DNA of 64,000 nt from Phoronis australis. Its lineage: Eukaryota > Animalia > Phoronida. The DNA lies in contig NMRA01000854.1 in assembly GCA_002633005.1 (NCBI GenBank), forward strand, positions 1 through 64,000, written 5' to 3'. Under the pieces are notes generated by a model. It made no database searches. It was given only the letters and a program-made list of their open reading frames with translations, and was not told where the DNA came from. The position numbers and the translations under genes are program-made. Below are positions 61,601 through 64,000 of this stretch, piece after piece. How positions within the stretch are numbered: position 1 is the stretch's first letter; each line of letters starts with the position of its first letter.

Positions 61601-62626
61601 TCAGGCATGGGTTCATATTAACTGACTGCTAAGTTGTTCTGATACTTCATTTCAAAACAAAACAAAAAGATAGCAACCCTAACCGGTAAGAAAAAAAAAA
61701 CAAGTAGACCGGAGTATTAAAAATAACAGGTATGAAACATATTTAAAACCAACCTTCCTTTGGGAAGTGGCCCTTTGCCAAGATCAACGCGAATTAACTT
61801 TTTAGTCTTTTTGTAATATTTAAAATGTACAGAGTTAAAGCTACTCTCCACATTGCAGGCTTTAACTCTCCACATTTACCAGAGAAAACCAATTTGTGTG
61901 TAATAACAACCACCATTGTTAAGAAAGTAGTGTTAGCTATTACCTTTCCACTTCATTAGCTCAGATCTGCATCAATACAAAGGGCATGCTGAATAGGCAT
62001 CAAAAAAAGATGTCCGGGGCTTAGGTAATCTGAGTGGTGACCAGTGTAAACGAGAAATTCTCCACATGAATGCTTGAAAAGCTCTGAGTGAAGTTTGCAA
62101 TCTTGAGCAATGCTTGAAATGCTCTGAGCCAAGTTTGCAATCTAGACCTATGTTTGAAAAGCTCTGGGTTATGTCTGCTTTACAAGACAAACAATTGAAA
62201 TTGTCTTGCATAGTGGTATTTATTTTAAATTTGTGCTTTTGCTGCGTAAAAATAATAACGGCATGGTCAGCAAGAGAAAATATTTCGTTAACTCTACCAT
62301 AGTTGTTCCTGTGATTAGGAGAAAAGATTAGGACGTAAAAACTTGACGCAGAAATTAGCACCATGCATAGACTTTTGCTAGTATTTTAAGTTTGACGTCC
62401 CAATAACAGTGTACGCATATACACCACACATACACCATACACATACACCCAACATATACACCAAACATATACACCAAACTTACCATAGGATCAGACTCTA
62501 AGAACTTGAGCTTTATGTCTGTGAGATGCTTGAGGATGGGTTCATCATGTTCTTGGATCATCGAGTCCAGCATGTCTACATTTTTAAGTGTTGTTAACCA
62601 GAACTGAGGTACACCAGGTGGAGCCT
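52690..62626 (-). CDS. NAP1L1: Nucleosome assembly protein 1-like, 3' portion (5' exons lie beyond the window)
   Basis: Exons 62626-62484, 60147-60008, 59240-59095, 57431-57289, 56465-56376, 52722-52690 in phase. Motifs [92 protein letters not shown], acidic tail, CKQQ* farnesylation motif. NAP1L1 vs NAP1L4 cannot be distinguished. Confidence 0.93.
53060..53240 (+). repeat. Dispersed repeat, second copy at ~63560-63780
   Basis: aaaatggccactag.tg.tgcaaaa...aatccatc.gaaaac...ataaaaatccat shared by both copies. Confidence 0.65.
56995..57200. repeat. Minisatellite, 31 bp unit
   Basis: ggtgttccagccgacttttgctcagtttatc about 6-7 times. Confidence 0.9.
57847..58641. mobile_element. PIF/Harbinger-type MITE with TAA target duplication
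   Basis: taa|gggctgttccagtaaaatccgtgtgggagggg ... cccctcccatacagattttgctggaacagccc|taa. Confidence 0.85.
60545..60680. repeat. Short tandem repeat, ~39 bp unit, related copies at ~62068-62165
   Basis: tgcttgaaaagctccgagccaagtttgcaatcttgagcaa units at both sites. Confidence 0.75.
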
Positions 62627-64000
62627 CTAAAGGAACAAATGTACATCACACATTTTACATTTGACATGTCTCAATAGTAAAGAAAACGAATCTACTGCTT
62701 TGTCTGCTAAACGAGGCAACTAACACAAGTTCCCGTCGAAGAAAAAAACTTTTGAGTTGGCCCACTTCCTGCTTTAAAATTAGTTTCAACTAGTTCCTAA
62801 CTCAGAAGTAATCAGTTTTGCGCAATAACCAGCGGTCAGTTCTTTCTAAGTTCAGAAATCACCTCTAACCCGACTCGGAAACAATTTGAGACCAATTTTA
62901 TAACAGTTAAGTGGTCTAAATCAAAAGCCACTTTTTGTGACAGACAGCAGATTTATAGCCACATTAAATAAGCATTTAAACGAGTGACTCATCTGTCACT
63001 TGGTGGCGCTAATGAAGGAAGTCTTCTTCACCAACAGGGGGAGCACCTAGGGGATGAGAACCCCATGTGACCTCCTCAACACATGCAGTTCTACAGGCAG
63101 TCTATTGCTTCATCAATGCCACCCATCAAGTTGCCAACAAAATGTCCAATTACGTCGAATAAACAGAAGCAAAAATAGTGTAATTTGTGTTCATCTCTAA
63201 CATACAGTGGCAGCTATTTTAGGACTAACAGACAACAAGGTGTAGGTGTACAAGCTGCTTTACCGTGATATACGTCATGGTTTTTCTTCTAAAGCACTCG
63301 CACTGCTTTTAAAACCTCACATGACCAGACAGTAATTGCCATTGCTGCAGTGGGACTGACTGAATACCGCATCTTTTGATTTTCATTTGTGAAATATTTT
63401 AGACAAATAACTAAAAATGAAACTTGTGCACCCAAAAATAAAATTTTTGTTCCTTATCACGTTTTAATCGTCCTATGGTGGACTCGTTTCAATAAATTTG
63501 TGAATGGTCGAACAACTTCATACCTATATAACCACAAGAGCAACGGGGAGCATTGAAATGCGTCCACGAATGCACCACAAACGGTGTGCTTCTAGAGTCA
63601 TTTGTTTCGTAAAAATGGCCACTAGATGATGCAAAAACGTCCAATCCATCTGAAAACGGGAACATGTCATGGATTCTTTAATAGTAAGCTGTTTACCAAA
63701 CTTCATAAAAATCCATCAAGGTACTTCAGAGAAAGAAATGAAAATGGAAGCAATGAAATTGCAACTAAAGGGCACAGCGTTCAATGGATTCACCTGAAAG
63801 ATGTCGTTTGTTGTTAGCTTCATATAAATACAATTACAAAGATTCTGCAGTGGGTTTAGGAGATGCAGCTATGGGCGCAAAACAAAACAAAACTACCACT
63901 AGGAGGCGACACAGTAGTCGAAGTCATCATCGTCAACCGTCCTCTTCACACTGAGAACATATACCCCAATTTTCAAATCATCCTTAGATTGGTTTGGTTG

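Overview
Intron-rich, AT-rich animal (invertebrate-type) genomic DNA with several assembly joins (single n's, one 113-n gap). Six genes can be assembled by hand from splice signals and frame: a SEA/EGF transmembrane mucin-like gene (-), a 459-aa YTH-domain + RlaP/YcgL-type Pol-beta nucleotidyltransferase fusion (+), a compact PHF13/PHF23-like PHD gene (+), METTL1/TRM8 (-), MFSD5 (+) and the 3' part of a NAP1-like gene (-). The standout is the YTH-nucleotidyltransferase fusion: a divergent RNA-reader fold joined to an apparently intact enzyme of a family best known from prokaryotic/phage RNA repair, invisible in the ORF track because its catalytic motif is split by a GC-AG intron. Also notable: an inverted duplication of the METTL1/MFSD5 bidirectional promoter region, a miniature LTR element with tRNA-like sequence in its LTRs, and relics of Academ-like, Penelope-like and THAP elements. 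All family calls are by motif recognition only; no searches were run.
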